52,202 nucleotides of DNA from Octopus bimaculoides (GCF_001194135.2 NC_068989.1:51454021-51506222); one strand, 5' to 3'; counted from the stretch's first letter, positions 13,713 to 27,680 are shown. Made by a program: numbers and translations. The notes: a model not told the origin generated them from the sequence alone.

Positions 13713-14302
13713 AATGGTAAACTTTTTGGGCTATTTCTGAAAACTTTATTCCAAAAACCTGAAAGCGTAGCCTGACTGGATCAAAATGTAGTCTGTATCA
13801 AAGGATGGCTGCACATCTGCTAATCGTTTAAAAGTGAAGGATATTGGAATACGATGATTCCTCAATGTATTTTATATGTACACTTCATATGATTTATGCA
13901 CAGTTTTACAGACTTTATACACAACTCTCCCACCATTCGCCTTACCCTCTTTTTCTCTTTTCGTTTTCTTTCACTCTTCGTCTTTCCCTTCAGCTAATCA
14001 CCTGAAAGCGTTCCAGACTGGCCAAGTAAGGGAGAAAAAAGATTAGTACCCCCGCCGCGAAATTGCACATTTCAATCAGCGACACCTTTCCCTCCTCCAC
14101 TACAACCCTTCCAACCCTCTTCCTTCCCCTCCGTCTCCATTGTCGACTAATCATGTGGAAGCGTTACGGTCGGGCTAAGTAACGGAAAAATAAGCAGACA
14201 ATATCAGACAAATGTACTTTTATGTCACTCACAGCATATTCTCAGACTATTTGGTTTCCTCCCATTCATTATAAATATATACTGCTTCCATTTATCTATG
14301 TA

Positions 14303-14353
<51 letters not shown>

Positions 14354-14374
14354 GTCAATATGTCTATCTGTCTG

Positions 14375-14443
<69 letters not shown>

Positions 14444-14489
14444 CTATATCGACCCATCCATACTTAAAAGTAACAAATACCCTTTTAGT

Positions 14490-15295
14490 TAGACCGAGTT
14501 TCTCTCTACATCTCTGTACCCGCTCTCCCGGCCGTTGATATTCTCATAGACCAACCCACGTCCTTATGTCACCCTACATCTCCTTGCTCCCCTTCCACCT
14601 CATCTCTCCCTCCCTCCCTGCAACCTCCTCCTCACCGTGTTTCCCTTATTCTTCTCTCACATTCCCACCCTGGGACATACGAGATTTACTAACCATTATT
14701 CTTGGTAACACCTACTTCCAATATAACGGTGTGATTTACAAACAGACTTCCGGCCTACCTATGGGATCTAGCCCTTCAGTTCTGCTTGCCATCACGTACA
14801 AGGATAAACTAGAACGCACAGCACTGAACCGCTGCCGCTCAGGCATCTTTTTCTCCAGGTACGTTGATGAAATCCTTATCATCACGGCCTCTGGGGATGA
14901 GGCCCTTAACATACGCAAGGCCTTCAATAACACCGACACAAACATCAAATTCGAGATTCAAAATCCAGATGAATCCGAAACCCTCTCTTTACTTGACTCT
15001 CAACTCAGGATCACAGCTGAAGGCTCCATAATTACCAAATCCTACAGAATAGCCACTACTAGAAAATGTTTCGTCCACTACCAACCCACCTTACCTACCA
15101 GAGCCAAAGCCGCATACGTGAGAAACGAGATTGCACGTATAAACAATTGCAGCAACGTGGCCGACAGAGCAGTCAACACCATCTATAGCTAAACAACGGC
15201 TCCTAAAGAACATCAAGGTCAATAAAGCCCGGAAGAACCATCATAATCCCAATTCCAGCACGTGCTTCATAAAGCTACCACACTTTGACGACAAA
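14490..15295 (+). mobile_element. Penelope-like element reverse transcriptase fragment
   Basis: ORF 14566-15192 has NTYFQYNGVIYKQTSGLPMGSSPS, FSRYVDEIL and IKFEIQ..LSLLD, the PLE RT motifs (YKQ..GLPMGS, RYVDD). It runs into a (TA)n tract and a gap. Confidence 0.9.
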
Positions 15296-16307
15296 TGAAT
15301 GAGTATATATATATATATATATNNNNNNNNNNNNNNNNNNNNNNNNNNNNNNNNNNNNNNNNNNNNNNNNNNNNNNNNNNNNNNNNNNNNNNNNNNNNNN
15401 NNNNNNNNNNNNNNNNNNNNNNNNNNNNNNNNNNNNNNNNNNNNNNNNNNNNNNNNNNNNNNNNNNNNNNNNNNNNNNNNNNNNNNNNNNNNNNNNNNNN
15501 NNNNNNNNNNNNNNNNNNNNNNNNNNNNNNNNNNNNNNNNNNNNNNNNNNNNNNNNNNNNNNNNNNNNNNNNNNNNNNNNNNNNNNNNNNNNNNNNNNNN
15601 NNNNNNNNNNNNNNNNNNNNNNNNNNNNNNNNNNNNNNNNNNNNNNNNNNNNNNNNNNNNNNNNNNNNNNNNNNNNNNNNNNNNNNNNNNNNNNNNNNNN
15701 NNNNNNNNNNNNNNNNNNNNNNNNNNNNNNNNNNNNNNNNNNNNNNNNNNNNNNNNNNNNNNNNNNNNNNNNNNNNNNNNNNNNNNNNNNNNNNNNNNNN
15801 NNNNNNNNNNNNNNNNNNNNNNNNNNNNNNNNNNNNNNNNNNNNNNNNNNNNNNNNNNNNNNNNNNNNNNNNNNNNNNNNNNNNNNNNNNNNNNNNNNNN
15901 NNNNNNNNNNNNNNNNNNNNNNNNNNNNNNNNNNNNNNNNNNNNNNNNNNNNNNNNNNNNNNNNNNNNNNNNNNNNNNNNNNNNNNNNNNNNNNNNNNNN
16001 NNNNNNNNNNNNNNNNNNNNNNNNNNNNNNNNNNNNNNNNNNNNNNNNNNNNNNNNNNNNNNNNNNNNNNNNNNNNNNNNNNNNNNNNNNNNNNNNNNNN
16101 NNNNNNNNNNNNNNNNNNNNNNNNNNNNNNNNNNNNNNNNNNNNNNNNNNNNNNNNNNNNNNNNNNNNNNNNNNNNNNNNNNNNNNNNNNNNNNNNNNNN
16201 NNNNNNNNNNNNNNNNNNNNNNNNNNNNNNNNNNNNNNNNNNNNNNNNNNNNNNNNNNNNNNNNNNNNNNNNNNNNNNNNNNNNNNNNNNNNNNNNNNNN
16301 NNNNNNN

Positions 16308-16340
<33 letters not shown>

Positions 16341-17522
16341 CTTATATTTTGCATTAACTCAAATTTCTCCTTGGTTATGTAGAAGTGAGTATGCTATATA
16401 TGAGTTCACAAGTTTCATGTAAATGTGTATTTGAATATTTATAGACGTGTGAATGTGTATATGAGCGTGTGTTTTAGTGGGTATATGCGTGTGTGTGCAG
16501 CGACTTATGTACGTATGTTTCTAGATAGGTAGGTAGGTGGAATTAGTGAAATAAACGTATATAATCTACTTTAAATACATAAATCAGTATCACTTTTAGC
16601 GTCTGAACCCATAAATCATCCACTATTTGGGATGACATGAAGTCAATTTATATTCAGTTTTTGATTGATTTATAGTTCAACAAGACTTCTTTATTCATCT
16701 CAACTGCAAATTCTGTTGTGATGAACATTTCCCCAAACTTTGATCGTCACTGATTACTTTAGATGTTGCAATGCACAGAACGAAATAGTAATTGGCTTAT
16801 AACAAATTTCTATTCTGTCAAATCACTCTGAACAACGAGCGAATAGAATTGGGCAACATATATCAGAAAATTACGAAGAAACGATGCTGTATTAATCAGT
16901 GGAATTGTATTTATGGGTCTTCACGTGTTAGAGGATCAATGCAAATTAGATATGGACATTTTTATGAATGAGACTACCAGCATATGTATGTGGCAATATT
17001 AATGTTTGTACGTGGAGGTATGTATTCGAATATACATACATATGTAATATGTATTTATGTGTACGTATATATATATATATATATATNNNNNNNNNNNNNN
17101 NNNNNNNNNNNNNNNNNNNNNNNNNNNNNNNNNNNNNNNNNNNNNNNNNNNNNNNNNNNNNNNNNNNNNNNNNNNNNNNNNNNNNNNNNNNNNNNNNNNN
17201 NNNNNNNNNNNNNNNNNNNNNNNNNNNNNNNNNNNNNNNNNNNNNNNNNNNNNNNNNNNNNNNNNNNNNNNNNNNNNNNNNNNNNNNNNNNNNNNNNNNN
17301 NNNNNNNNNNNNNNNNNNNNNNNNNNNNNNNNNNNNNNNNNNNNNNNNNNNNNNNNNNNNNNNNNNNNNNNNNNNNNNNNNNNNNNNNNNNNNNNNNNNN
17401 NNNNNNNNNNNNNNNNNNNNNNNNNNNNNNNNNNNNNNNNNNNNNNNNNNNNNNNNNNNNNNNNNNNNNNNNNNNNNNNNNNNNNNNNNNNNNNNNNNNN
17501 NNNNNNNNNNNNNNNNNNNNNN

Positions 17523-17555
<33 letters not shown>

Positions 17556-20500
17556 CACATATGTATGTATGTATGTATGTATACACACACATAAGTATGT
17601 ATGCGAGTGTGTGTATACGTGTCTCTATATATAGAGAGAAAAATCTACGGTATATGTTTCCGTGATCTTGTGCGCGGGTGTGTATGTCTGTGTAAAACAT
17701 ACGGCATTGTATATTCGTCAGACAACCCTTTTGAAAACAGCGGTTACAAGAAAGCATCTAATAGTGTTTAATATTTATGTTTTTGTTTTAGGAAAACATC
17801 ATTATCGCTGGACGTTTTACATGTGTTTCTTTCTACCTCAACACAATTATAGCTCTCCAGCACTACTACTGCAAAGTTAGGATAGTCTATTTCCCACAGA
17901 ACGTGTTACAATACATTTTTGTGATTTGAAACAGCATCGTGAATTTCAAAGCTGTAAATGGTGATATCAGATGAACAGCGATGATATCTTACTCGCCATT
18001 TCTCAATATGGGCATCTGCTAAGTATTATCTCTATTTACGATGTATCATCCCATCCGTTTCAGTTATGAAATTGAATCAATGTTTAGTTGGTTCCTGAAT
18101 GATACTAATTCAACGTGATGGATGATATTGGAATACATAAAAATATATTACGATTAAACGTGATGTGTTTGAGTTTTCTCAATACAAGGGCTGTTTTGGT
18201 TGTATTACAGACTACAACTAATAAGAAGCACATGCGCTTCTGTTATATAAACTACTCTATCGCCTGTTCGAGTGTAAGCGATGTTTAGTGCTGGAATTCA
18301 AACTTTATCCTATTTTGATAAATAATGTGTTCAATTCCATCTGCATTAGGCTTTTCAATTTCTAGCTTCTTCGTAATTATAGTTACCGGTGTTTCACTAG
18401 CATCTATAGAACATCGTAGAAATATCAGGAGAATTTCATGTTACGGTGTAAGAAATGCGTAAGTATTTGTATATATATAGAAATCTATTACGAAGTGAAC
18501 TTTAATATCGATCTTAGCATGTATGAAATTTAAAACAAGAACGTACAATATGGAATTGATCACCCATAATCATATGTATTATAAAAAATTACAACATTAG
18601 GCTTTGAAATAGTTATCACGTTTTAGGGTTAGTCAGGTTTCGTAAATTCTTTAAGTTCCACATTAGTAAATATTATACCTTACTTGTTTCATTACAACGT
18701 AATACCACGAAGAAGACGTAGAGATAATAATATATANNNNNNNNNNNNNNNNNNNNNNNNNNNNNNNNNNNNNNNNNNNNNNNNNNNNNNNNNNNNNNNN
18801 NNNNNNNNNNNNNNNNNNNNNNNNNNNNNNNNNNNNNNNNNNNNNNATATATATATATTATCAATATATGACTTACGAAATTCCTATAATCTATCATACA
18901 TTGCTTCATCTGCCTTTGATTTTAATATACATGTGTATGTGTTCATGGTTAACAAGTTTTCATGTCAACATTATGTTACCACCACCATGAGTAGCATCTC
19001 CGCTATGTGTAATCCGTCATTATCTTAGGCTGTTCAATGTCTTGAGAAGGAAATTTTGTAGTCGCCATAGTAGGAAGCCCATCCAACCAACGTTTCTGCT
19101 TTTGAACGGTAGAGTTAAATTACCAACACTTTTAAAACAATCACTTCGCCAATGATTACAATTTCCTTTCACTGGACGTAATCAGGTTCAGTTTAAGGTA
19201 TTGGCATAACTACTTTCCACATATCAAGCAACAACAAACATTTGAGAAAATGATTTTGTTTTCTTATAATTTCAGTCAACAAAACTTCAGTTTTCTATTT
19301 AGAGAAACTGCATCGATCACGTTTGTTCTAGCGTTAAATATTCCTTGGTGTTATATACATACCTGGATACGGATTTAGAGACATATATTTATACAGCAGT
19401 CTCATATGTAAGTTTTATTTAAGATACAAATATTTACTGAGTTGTATTCACATTGATATCTTTTAATAATGAATAGTTATAAAAATGTGAATTGTATTCA
19501 ATGGATGAATTGCATTAACAACAATAGGAGCAGAGTGTAAAAAGGAAACTGGAAAGCAGGAAACAACTAAAAATGTTGCTATATTTCTTTAATTAAAAGA
19601 AACACCTCTCATGATTTATAGCCGACAGCAATATTTGCTATGAATTTATAGCCGTTAGCCACACAAACAATATATTCAATGATTTATTTTCAGGAAATTT
19701 AATTAATTCAAAACAATACCTCTCTTTATTTTTTTGAATTCAGTATTTTACATTATATTATTTTTTTTGCTTACATATAATCGTTATAAAATTTCTTTTA
19801 ATTCAATATTTTTGTTATTTCTATTGGTATTCTTTAAATCTTCTGTCAATGCCACTATTGCTGTTTCACCATGCTTCGATTACAAAACTGTCTGCAACCA
19901 CCAATTTTCACTAATATTTTGTACTCCTAGCAGTTTTGCAAAAGGTCAGCTTGATATCGACGTGGTACGACCATTTGTAAATTTCTGAATGTTGATCCGT
20001 TCAATACCAGAAATGACTGGATGGTATGCACATGCGCTCTCATTAGAAGCCTGTTCAGTACACAAAATACTAATAAATTCATTTGCATGCATGCTTGGAA
20101 TTTCGCTGATTGCTAAAAATGATATGATGTTAAGTAAGTATAGTTATATGAATTTATATTAATCACCGAAAGTGGTATTGTCAATAAGTACTCAGTTTAA
20201 AGCAGTCAACAGCAGTGAGCAAAGTAACAATAGATAGTAAAAGTACACATGATATCACTTATACTATCACAAACTACTTTGGTGCAATACAATCGTGTTA
20301 AGTTTACCAATAAATCGATATCACCATCTCATCTGCCCTCTTAATTATAATGATAGTCAATCTTTTCTATGAAACGCATATACTCTATAATCAGAAACTG
20401 CTGTGAAATTTGATATTTAATCATTAGACCTAGTTTCATTGGGATGTAATAAAGATAAAGAGAAACATTAATGTCTTTGCCGTCGTAAGTCCCAATTGAC

Positions 20501-20901
20501 AGAGACACCAATCACCACTAGTTGTCATTTTTCGATTTCTGACAATGATTGTTATTAACAATAGTCATCTTTCTTCTCGTTAGGGTTGTAATCTGAATTG
20601 AATAAATTCAGTTCAGCTCGTCACATGAAATATGTAACTGCGCATTTAACAACTTGAGTTACTTACATATTTTGCGTCAGAAGTAGAGCGCCAGTATACA
20701 TACCTGAACCACCTTTTCTAGTTCAAAATAAACTCCCTCCCTCTTTCTCTCCACATACACAAACACTGACACAGAAACATTTTCACATACACCTTCGCTC
20801 GCTCATACCATATACATCATAAATCAATCAAATGCATGACAAAATAATCCGCAAAGGAAACCACCTGCACAGGCATGTATACTAGATTTTGAGTACATTT
20901 A

Positions 20902-21190
20902 CAGAGCTTTCATACACACCTGTGCACATTTAATGAGCTTTCATACACACCTGTGCACAGTTACAGAGCGTTCATACACACCTGTGCACATNNNNNNNNN
21001 NNNNNNNNNNNNNNNNNNNNNNNNNNNNNNNNNNNNNNNNNNNNNNNNNNNNNNNNNNNNNNNNNNNNNNNNNNNNNNNNNNNNNNNNNNNNNNNNNNNN
21101 NNNNNNNNNNNNNNNNNNNNNNNNNNNNNNTGAGCTTTCATACACACCTGTGCACAGTTACAGAGCGTTCATACACACCTGTGCACATTT
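20902..21190. repeat. ~30-bp minisatellite (gagctttcatacacacctgtgcaca...) spanning a gap
   Basis: Three units before the gap and two after it. Confidence 0.85.
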
Positions 21191-21769
21191 ATTCATTGTC
21201 TCACAGGTACACTCGATCGCAGTCGCTTGCATGGAACCTAACATTTGTCCCACAGTAACTCTGTGTGTGTGTGTGTGTGAGTGTCTGTGTGTGTATGTGT
21301 GTGTGTTTGTGTGGGTATGCATATATGTATTTATAAGCCAATTTGTATGTATATTCTTGAGTGATTTATATGAGTATGCATATACATATGTATCAGGAAA
21401 AATTTAGATGGCCACATGTCAATAAACAGTAGATTTATAAATCCTGTAAAGCTTTATTAGTATATTTGACAATGCTCCATCTTCTGGAATGGATTATTGC
21501 CAAAAATTCTAACATATTCTTCAGTGCAAACTGTGCATCATTACCAGAGTGATAATCGAGTAAAATTATGGACGCTTGATACACATTAGTGATTGTTACA
21601 ATTTCGTATTTGTTTGGCATTGCGCACCTCTTGTATGAATATCGTGTCTTCCACTCTATTATTTACAGTCACTTTAGAAAAGAGCTGCTTCACTAACAAA
21701 ATAGAAAACAAATTATTCGATGGTATTTTCTGCAACGCCAATTAATTAGCTAGTTGCCTTTCTCATCTC

Positions 21770-22690
21770 ATCTTATCTTCATCATCTTCTTAATCTAAGG
21801 ACAATCGCAAGGTCATAATTCCGAAGCACGCGCTGTATCGAGTCCTGTCCGAGGTAAAAGACTCCTATTGACTTTCCAAGCGTGTTCGGAGATGTCATCC
21901 AAACGTATTGCTCATATTCTACTCCTGGGTCTCCTACCGGTTGGTTGCGACCATAAAAATTGCGCTTTGATTCTTTCTTGAGTTATTCTTAACACATGTC
22001 CTTGGTGTCAGAGCTGTTTTCTCTCAGTTCGGAGAAGTAGCAACTCTCCATTGAACGACGCAATTTATCTCAGCGCTACGCCCCCTACCGAGTGACATTA
22101 TTCGAAAGAACGTTCGGTAGAGCCCCATCTCGGCCGATTGTATTCTCGGTCGTATTCTTTTGAGTTATTACCCAAGAATTATGACAAGTGTAAGTCTGAA
22201 CACTTAATTGAAGATAACGAATTCAGTTTTTATACCTAAGTCCCCTTTTCGCATGATCAAATATTGAAGCTGGTACATTACTGCACCTGCTCTTACAATT
22301 TTTGTACTTAATTTTGCCTGCTACTGTCCATGATTTGTGAAAACAGACTATTGATGCACCTTCTTCACTAGAACTCTCAGATAACATGCTTGGTGCATTG
22401 CGCAACCTTCCTAGAGACTAGTGCCTTAGTCTTTGCAGTATTGATCTTCATTCCTGGCGTACAGCACTCGGCAGCAAACCTATCAAGTTCATGTCGGAGA
22501 TCATCTTCCAAAGAAGTGAGTAGTATCATATTGTCTCCAAATTCCCGTGGACTGATCCTACAACCGCCGGTCTCAGTGCCATACACAACTCAGCTGGACC
22601 TGCTAAATCCTGTACATAAGAATTATTAACTCCTAAGCATAGTCCAAAACACACATTGAATTGTTTGGAATACAAATGATAGGGCATTTA
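21770..22690 (-). mobile_element. RTE-clade LINE, 3' half (RT C-terminal part)
   Basis: Peptides SKQFNVCFGL, FGDNMILLTSLEDDLRHELDRFAAECCTPGMKINTAKTKALV, HNSWVITQK..QSAEMG and PTGRRPR. Ends in a short GAT/GAG-rich tail. Confidence 0.85.
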
Positions 22691-23030
22691 TGTAGAGACG
22701 TCAAGGCAACAAGAAGAGCAAAAAGGTTCAGGCGAGTGAGTTTGCTGTAATTATAAGGAAATTTCATTGTTAAATGTCCATGATAACGGTTATATTAGGT
22801 GTTTGTCGAAGAGATGTTGGGATATTATCAATTCCAAGATGGCTGATGAACAGTGTCGTTGAAGTTCTGGACCCCGTGCAGCCGACCAAATATTCACACT
22901 GCAGCACGCTTCGAGAAATTATGGTGGTATGGTTAAGAAGTGCATGCTTGCTTCGTAAATCTTAAAAAGGTATACGACCACGTCGCGCAAGACTTGTTTT
23001 GGAACTTCTGCAGGAGAATCGGATCGATAG
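22690..23030 (+). mobile_element. Inverted 5' segment of an RTE RT, probably the same element
   Basis: Plus-strand peptides CCNYKEISLLNV, CLSKRCWDIINSKMADEQC, DQIFTLQH and ACFVNLKKVYDHV match the RT region just upstream of the minus-strand part. Confidence 0.75.
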
Positions 23031-23639
23031 ACATACGTTTCAAATTTATAATACATACCAAAATGGAAACTAATTAGGAGTGTCTACTAAATCAAATGAC
23101 TCAGATCATTTTAGATATTGCAGCGTAAATTTGGAAGAACACAATATACATAGTTCAACTCTAATATATGCAAATTTATAAGTATGCGGACTGTAATCTT
23201 TTTAATGAATTAGTGTTCTTGTTAGTTAAAAGTAATTAACTACTGTCTGGTTCAGTTATTGGTGGTTATGTTTTGTTTTATTGGTTTTTAGTTGTAAGCG
23301 TTCATTTAATTGTAAGTGACCATTCATGAATAGTTATTTTTTTAATACTCAAACATTCCAAATTATACTACCATTCATATATGTTGAATTTCTTACTACT
23401 AAATAATGTACAACTCATCATAGCAAGGCAAGTGCAATGGTATTGATAGTTATAAGTTAAATTTCATGATTTTGCTGCTTTGAAATAAGGCTTAAACTGA
23501 ACCACCCATAACAGCCAGACAAATAGCGTTATATATTTTATCCATTAATCGCTATACAAATACACAAGCACACATAATCACACGCGTCCACGCACATACG
23601 ACATAGATACATACATATATCTACATAGATATGCACACA

Positions 23640-23677
<38 letters not shown>

Positions 23678-23699
23678 TATATACATAAGAGGAATAACC

Positions 23700-23900
23700 A
23701 CCAAGGTGGATTCCTAATATGCTACAAGAAGACGCAAATCGTCTTACCACGACGAATGTGTTCTCAAGAAATTTCAGCAAACACCAGAATATAAAACGAG
23801 CAAGACAGATGAAAAGATACAAAATTCGGCAATACGCTCCATACCTAGATTTCGCTATAAGAGAAAACAGTTACAAAACGTCCACAAGAAAGAAGGATCC
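23700..23900 (+). pseudogene. Possible mariner transposase remnant
   Basis: RWIPNML.. and TDEK resemble mariner WVP(R/K)xL and the first catalytic TGDE motif. Highly degenerate. Confidence 0.3.
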
Positions 23901-23929
23901 GGAGTTTCATTATGCATGTATTTATGCTT

Positions 23930-24950
23930 TGTGATTGTTCTAGGTCTTTTAGCAAATCACATTTAATTGCAGACCCAACACACCTTCCCTTTTCTTTCCC
24001 TTCGGCTTCCCAACCCAGAATAATGTGAGACCTGTCACTCTCTCGACAAGATGACCTTCCACTTAACATACTTTTTTCAAAAAGAGTTCCAATATTAACA
24101 TTAAGTCACCTTGGCTCCTTAGTTACTAGAGCTGTTCTTGTTTCAGGCCTGTCTGCTCGATCTGAAATACTTCTCATATTCCAACAGGCCAAGTTAAGAG
24201 AAACCTTATTCGTTGCATACTTTGTTCATTCCTGCTAAATTGAACCACCGTTAGCCGCAGTAAACTAACCAGCAGAGAGACGTCAGACAAGTTTTACTGC
24301 ACCTTTTCTAGCACATTCCCTGTATATCCAGTTGTGCAGTATTCTCCTTAAAAGTGCTGCTTTGAGGATTCTCCATCGAAAACTGTTCCTCTCCATTAAA
24401 ACATATTACCAATGTTAAAATAAAAACCCAGCCGCCTTATGTGCAGATTTGCAACTGTATGCTTCCATCCGATCAAGTCTGTACACATCGCCACGCCTCT
24501 ATCGCCATAGGACCTTTGAAAAGTGATGATTGTATGATGATGGTATTTTGTCAGGGACATCTGAACTTTATTGGATTTTAATGACAAACGCTTGTACAAC
24601 ACTTTTGTTATTCTCCGTGTCAAAATAGCATGTTCCAGTGACAGACAAAACAAAATCACTCGTACTACGTTGAGTGCAGGTTTTTTTTTTATCGGAGGAC
24701 ATTCTCCTAGGCTTTTCCTCAAAAGAATACTAAAAGCCAGCAGTGGTCAGCCAATTTGAATTCAGCGCTTTATTCTCCTATAGGGCGTGTCCTAATCACG
24801 GCTTCGTTTTAAATAAGCAGCCTAGTCTCCCCCCATGAATAGTCATGGCTTTTTACAGTGCAGTCAGTTAAGGCGCACTCATTATCATGACCTGATTTTA
24901 TGTCAGAGTGTCCCTTTCCTAGAAGAGTTGCCTTCAGCACGGCTACAGAG
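23930..24950 (-). mobile_element. RTE (BovB-like) LINE 5' end: UTR plus start of APE endonuclease
   Basis: Minus-strand peptides LNLACWNMRSISDRADRPETRTALVTKE and EGKEKGRCVGSAIKCDLL match the RTE endonuclease N-terminus (WNVRTL..RPERRTAL..GVGFAIK). Confidence 0.75.
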
Positions 24951-25937
24951 ACACATCTTCCCACACACACAAACACATAAGACCAATACACATGTACACA
25001 TTAAAAAAGTACACATATATAATTTGCAATATTTACAATTTATAAAATGCTGTTTATATATATATATGTGTGTATGTGTGTGTGTGCTTGTGTGCGTGTG
25101 TGTGTGTGTATGTATGTATGATTGTATGTATATANNNNNNNNNNNNNNNNNNNNNNNNNNNNNNNNNNNNNNNNNNNNNNNNNNNNNNNNNNNNNNNNNN
25201 NNNNNNNNNNNNNNNNNNNNNNNNNNNNNNNNNNNNNNNNNNNNNNNNNNNNNNNNNNNNNNNNNNNNNNNNNNNNNNNNNNNNNNNNNNNNNNNNNNNN
25301 NNNNNNNNNNNNNNNNNNNNNNNNNNNNNNNNNNNNNNNNNNNNNNNNNNNNNNNNNNNNNNNNNNNNNNNNNNNNNNNNNNNNNNNNNNNNNNNNNNNN
25401 NNNNNNNNNNNNNNNNNNNNNNNNNNNNNNNNNNNNNNNNNNNNNNNNNNNNNNNNNNNNNNNNNNNNNNNNNNNNNNNNNNNNNNNNNNNNNNNNNNNN
25501 NNNNNNNNNNNNNNNNNNNNNNNNNNNNNNNNNNNNNNNNNNNNNNNNNNNNNNNNNNNNNNNNNNNNNNNNNNNNNNNNNNNNNNNNNNNNNNNNNNNN
25601 NNNNNNNNNNNNNNNNNNNNNNNNNNNNNNNNNNNNNNNNNNNNNNNNNNNNNNNNNNNNNNNNNNNNNNNNNNNNNNNNNNNNNNNNNNNNNNNNNNNN
25701 NNNNNNNNNNNNNNNNNNNNNNNNNNNNNNNNNNNNNNNNNNNNNNNNNNNNNNNNNNNNNNNNNNNNNNNNNNNNNNNNNNNNNNNNNNNNNNNNNNNN
25801 NNNNNNNNNNNNNNNNNNNNNNNNNNNNNNNNNNNNNNNNNNNNNNNNNNNNNNNNNNNNNNNNNNNNNNNNNNNNNNNNNNNNNNNNNNNNNNNNNNNN
25901 NNNNNNNNNNNNNNNNNNNNNNNNNNNNNNNNNNNNN

Positions 25938-25987
<50 letters not shown>

Positions 25988-27534
25988 TGTGTGTGTGTGT
26001 ATGTGTGTGTGTGTGTGCGCGTGCGTGTGTGTGTATACACACAGAGTTATATATTTAATGAATTATATATGAATTCGTGTTCGGGTTTTAATTTACATTA
26101 CCATTATAGCTATGTTTCTTCATGCAGGCCATGTAAGACATGTGTTTGCATGAGCTGCGCAAGTCATATTGCATCTATACAAATTTCTTTTTTACCTATC
26201 ACCGTTTCCTCCCATCTATGCATTTCTTAGTTCACAGATGAAGGAAATATATGCAAAAGTATAGCATAACGTGACGTCCTATCGTGGCTTTTCTTGTTAT
26301 TGTTCAAGATACTGATTATGTTTCTGCGTTTTGAAAAATGCCAACAACTGATGGGCATACATTATCTGCTACATTTACATCATTTCCTTCCTATTCTTAA
26401 TTTACCCTTTATATTTATTTCACCTTTTACTGATTGCTACTTGTAAAGTGACTGTCCTTATGCTTTAACAAATGCAACAGGAATAGTTGTTTATGCAGAT
26501 TTGACTTCCTTTGGAATGTCTGTGTCAGTACTACCGCGAACTAAAAACGTTCTACTATATGTTTATTGCATTTGGTTATATTTTATTTTACGATATACCT
26601 CTGTTTTGTGTTTCCTATTCATTTCTAAAGAAATGTGCAGTTCTTTTTTTCTTTCGCTGAACAGAAATCGTCATATATTTTCGTCTTTTGTTCTGTCTTA
26701 CAAACTGGTTGGGTATATGACAGATCTAAGCTTGAATTTTAAGCTTAGAATATTTCTTGCGAGGTTATTACCTTAAGTTCATTCATTTTGTTTTTAAATA
26801 TGCGACAATTTTTTAGATTGATACATATAAAAGAAACAACAGCATTGTACTGACTTGTCATACACCGTAGTATATATATATATATATATATATATATNNN
26901 NNNNNNNNNNNNNNNNNNNNNNNNNNNNNNNNNNNNNNNNNNNNNNNNNNNNNNNNNNNNNNNNNNNNNNNNNNNNNNNNNNNNNNNNNNNNNNNNNNNN
27001 NNNNNNNNNNNNNNNNNNNNNNNNNNNNNNNNNNNNNNNNNNNNNNNNNNNNNNNNNNNNNNNNNNNNNNNNNNNNNNNNNNNNNNNNNNNNNNNNNNNN
27101 NNNNNNNNNNNNNNNNNNNNNNNNNNNNNNNNNNNNNNNNNNNNNNNNNNNNNNNNNNNNNNNNNNNNNNNNNNNNNNNNNNNNNNNNNNNNNNNNNNNN
27201 NNNNNNNNNNNNNNNNNNNNNNNNNNNNNNNNNNNNNNNNNNNNNNNNNNNNNNNNNNNNNNNATATATATACTTACTGCTCAGTAACTGATGTACACAT
27301 TTTTTGAAGGAATATGTAAGCCATACATATGGAATATGAAAGCCATGCTTGGCGAAAATATTTTTAAAAATCCATCGTATTTTCCCTAGTTCATGTATGG
27401 TTTGAGATTAGGTTACTGAAGGCGTACTCAAATGTCATTAAATGTAATGTGTCAGCATTACATTGCGGCGATTTACAACAAAATAGAGTGTGGTATACGA
27501 AAAGACATGAACTATCAGTATATATGTAATAATG

Positions 27535-27680
27535 ATTCAATGATGGTGGTGATGACGACGACGACGATCATGGTGATGATTAAGAGGAGGAGGATGACGA
27601 CGACGATGACGATGATGATGACGACGAGAACGTAGACAGCGACGAAAACGACAACGACAACGACGGTGATGCTGACGATT
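27535..27680. repeat. (GAT/GAC)n trinucleotide low-complexity tract
   Basis: Read directly. Confidence 0.9.

Noticed and set aside
19850-20060. Gypsy integrase-like peptide LQMVVPRRYQADLLQNC (minus strand)
   Set aside because: Only a short resemblance, followed by stops with no HHCC or DDE continuation.
20902-21190. CRISPR-like repeat array
   Set aside because: Repeats are head-to-tail with no unique spacers, in eukaryotic context. The ~58 bp on each side of the gap are identical and may be a contig-overlap artefact.
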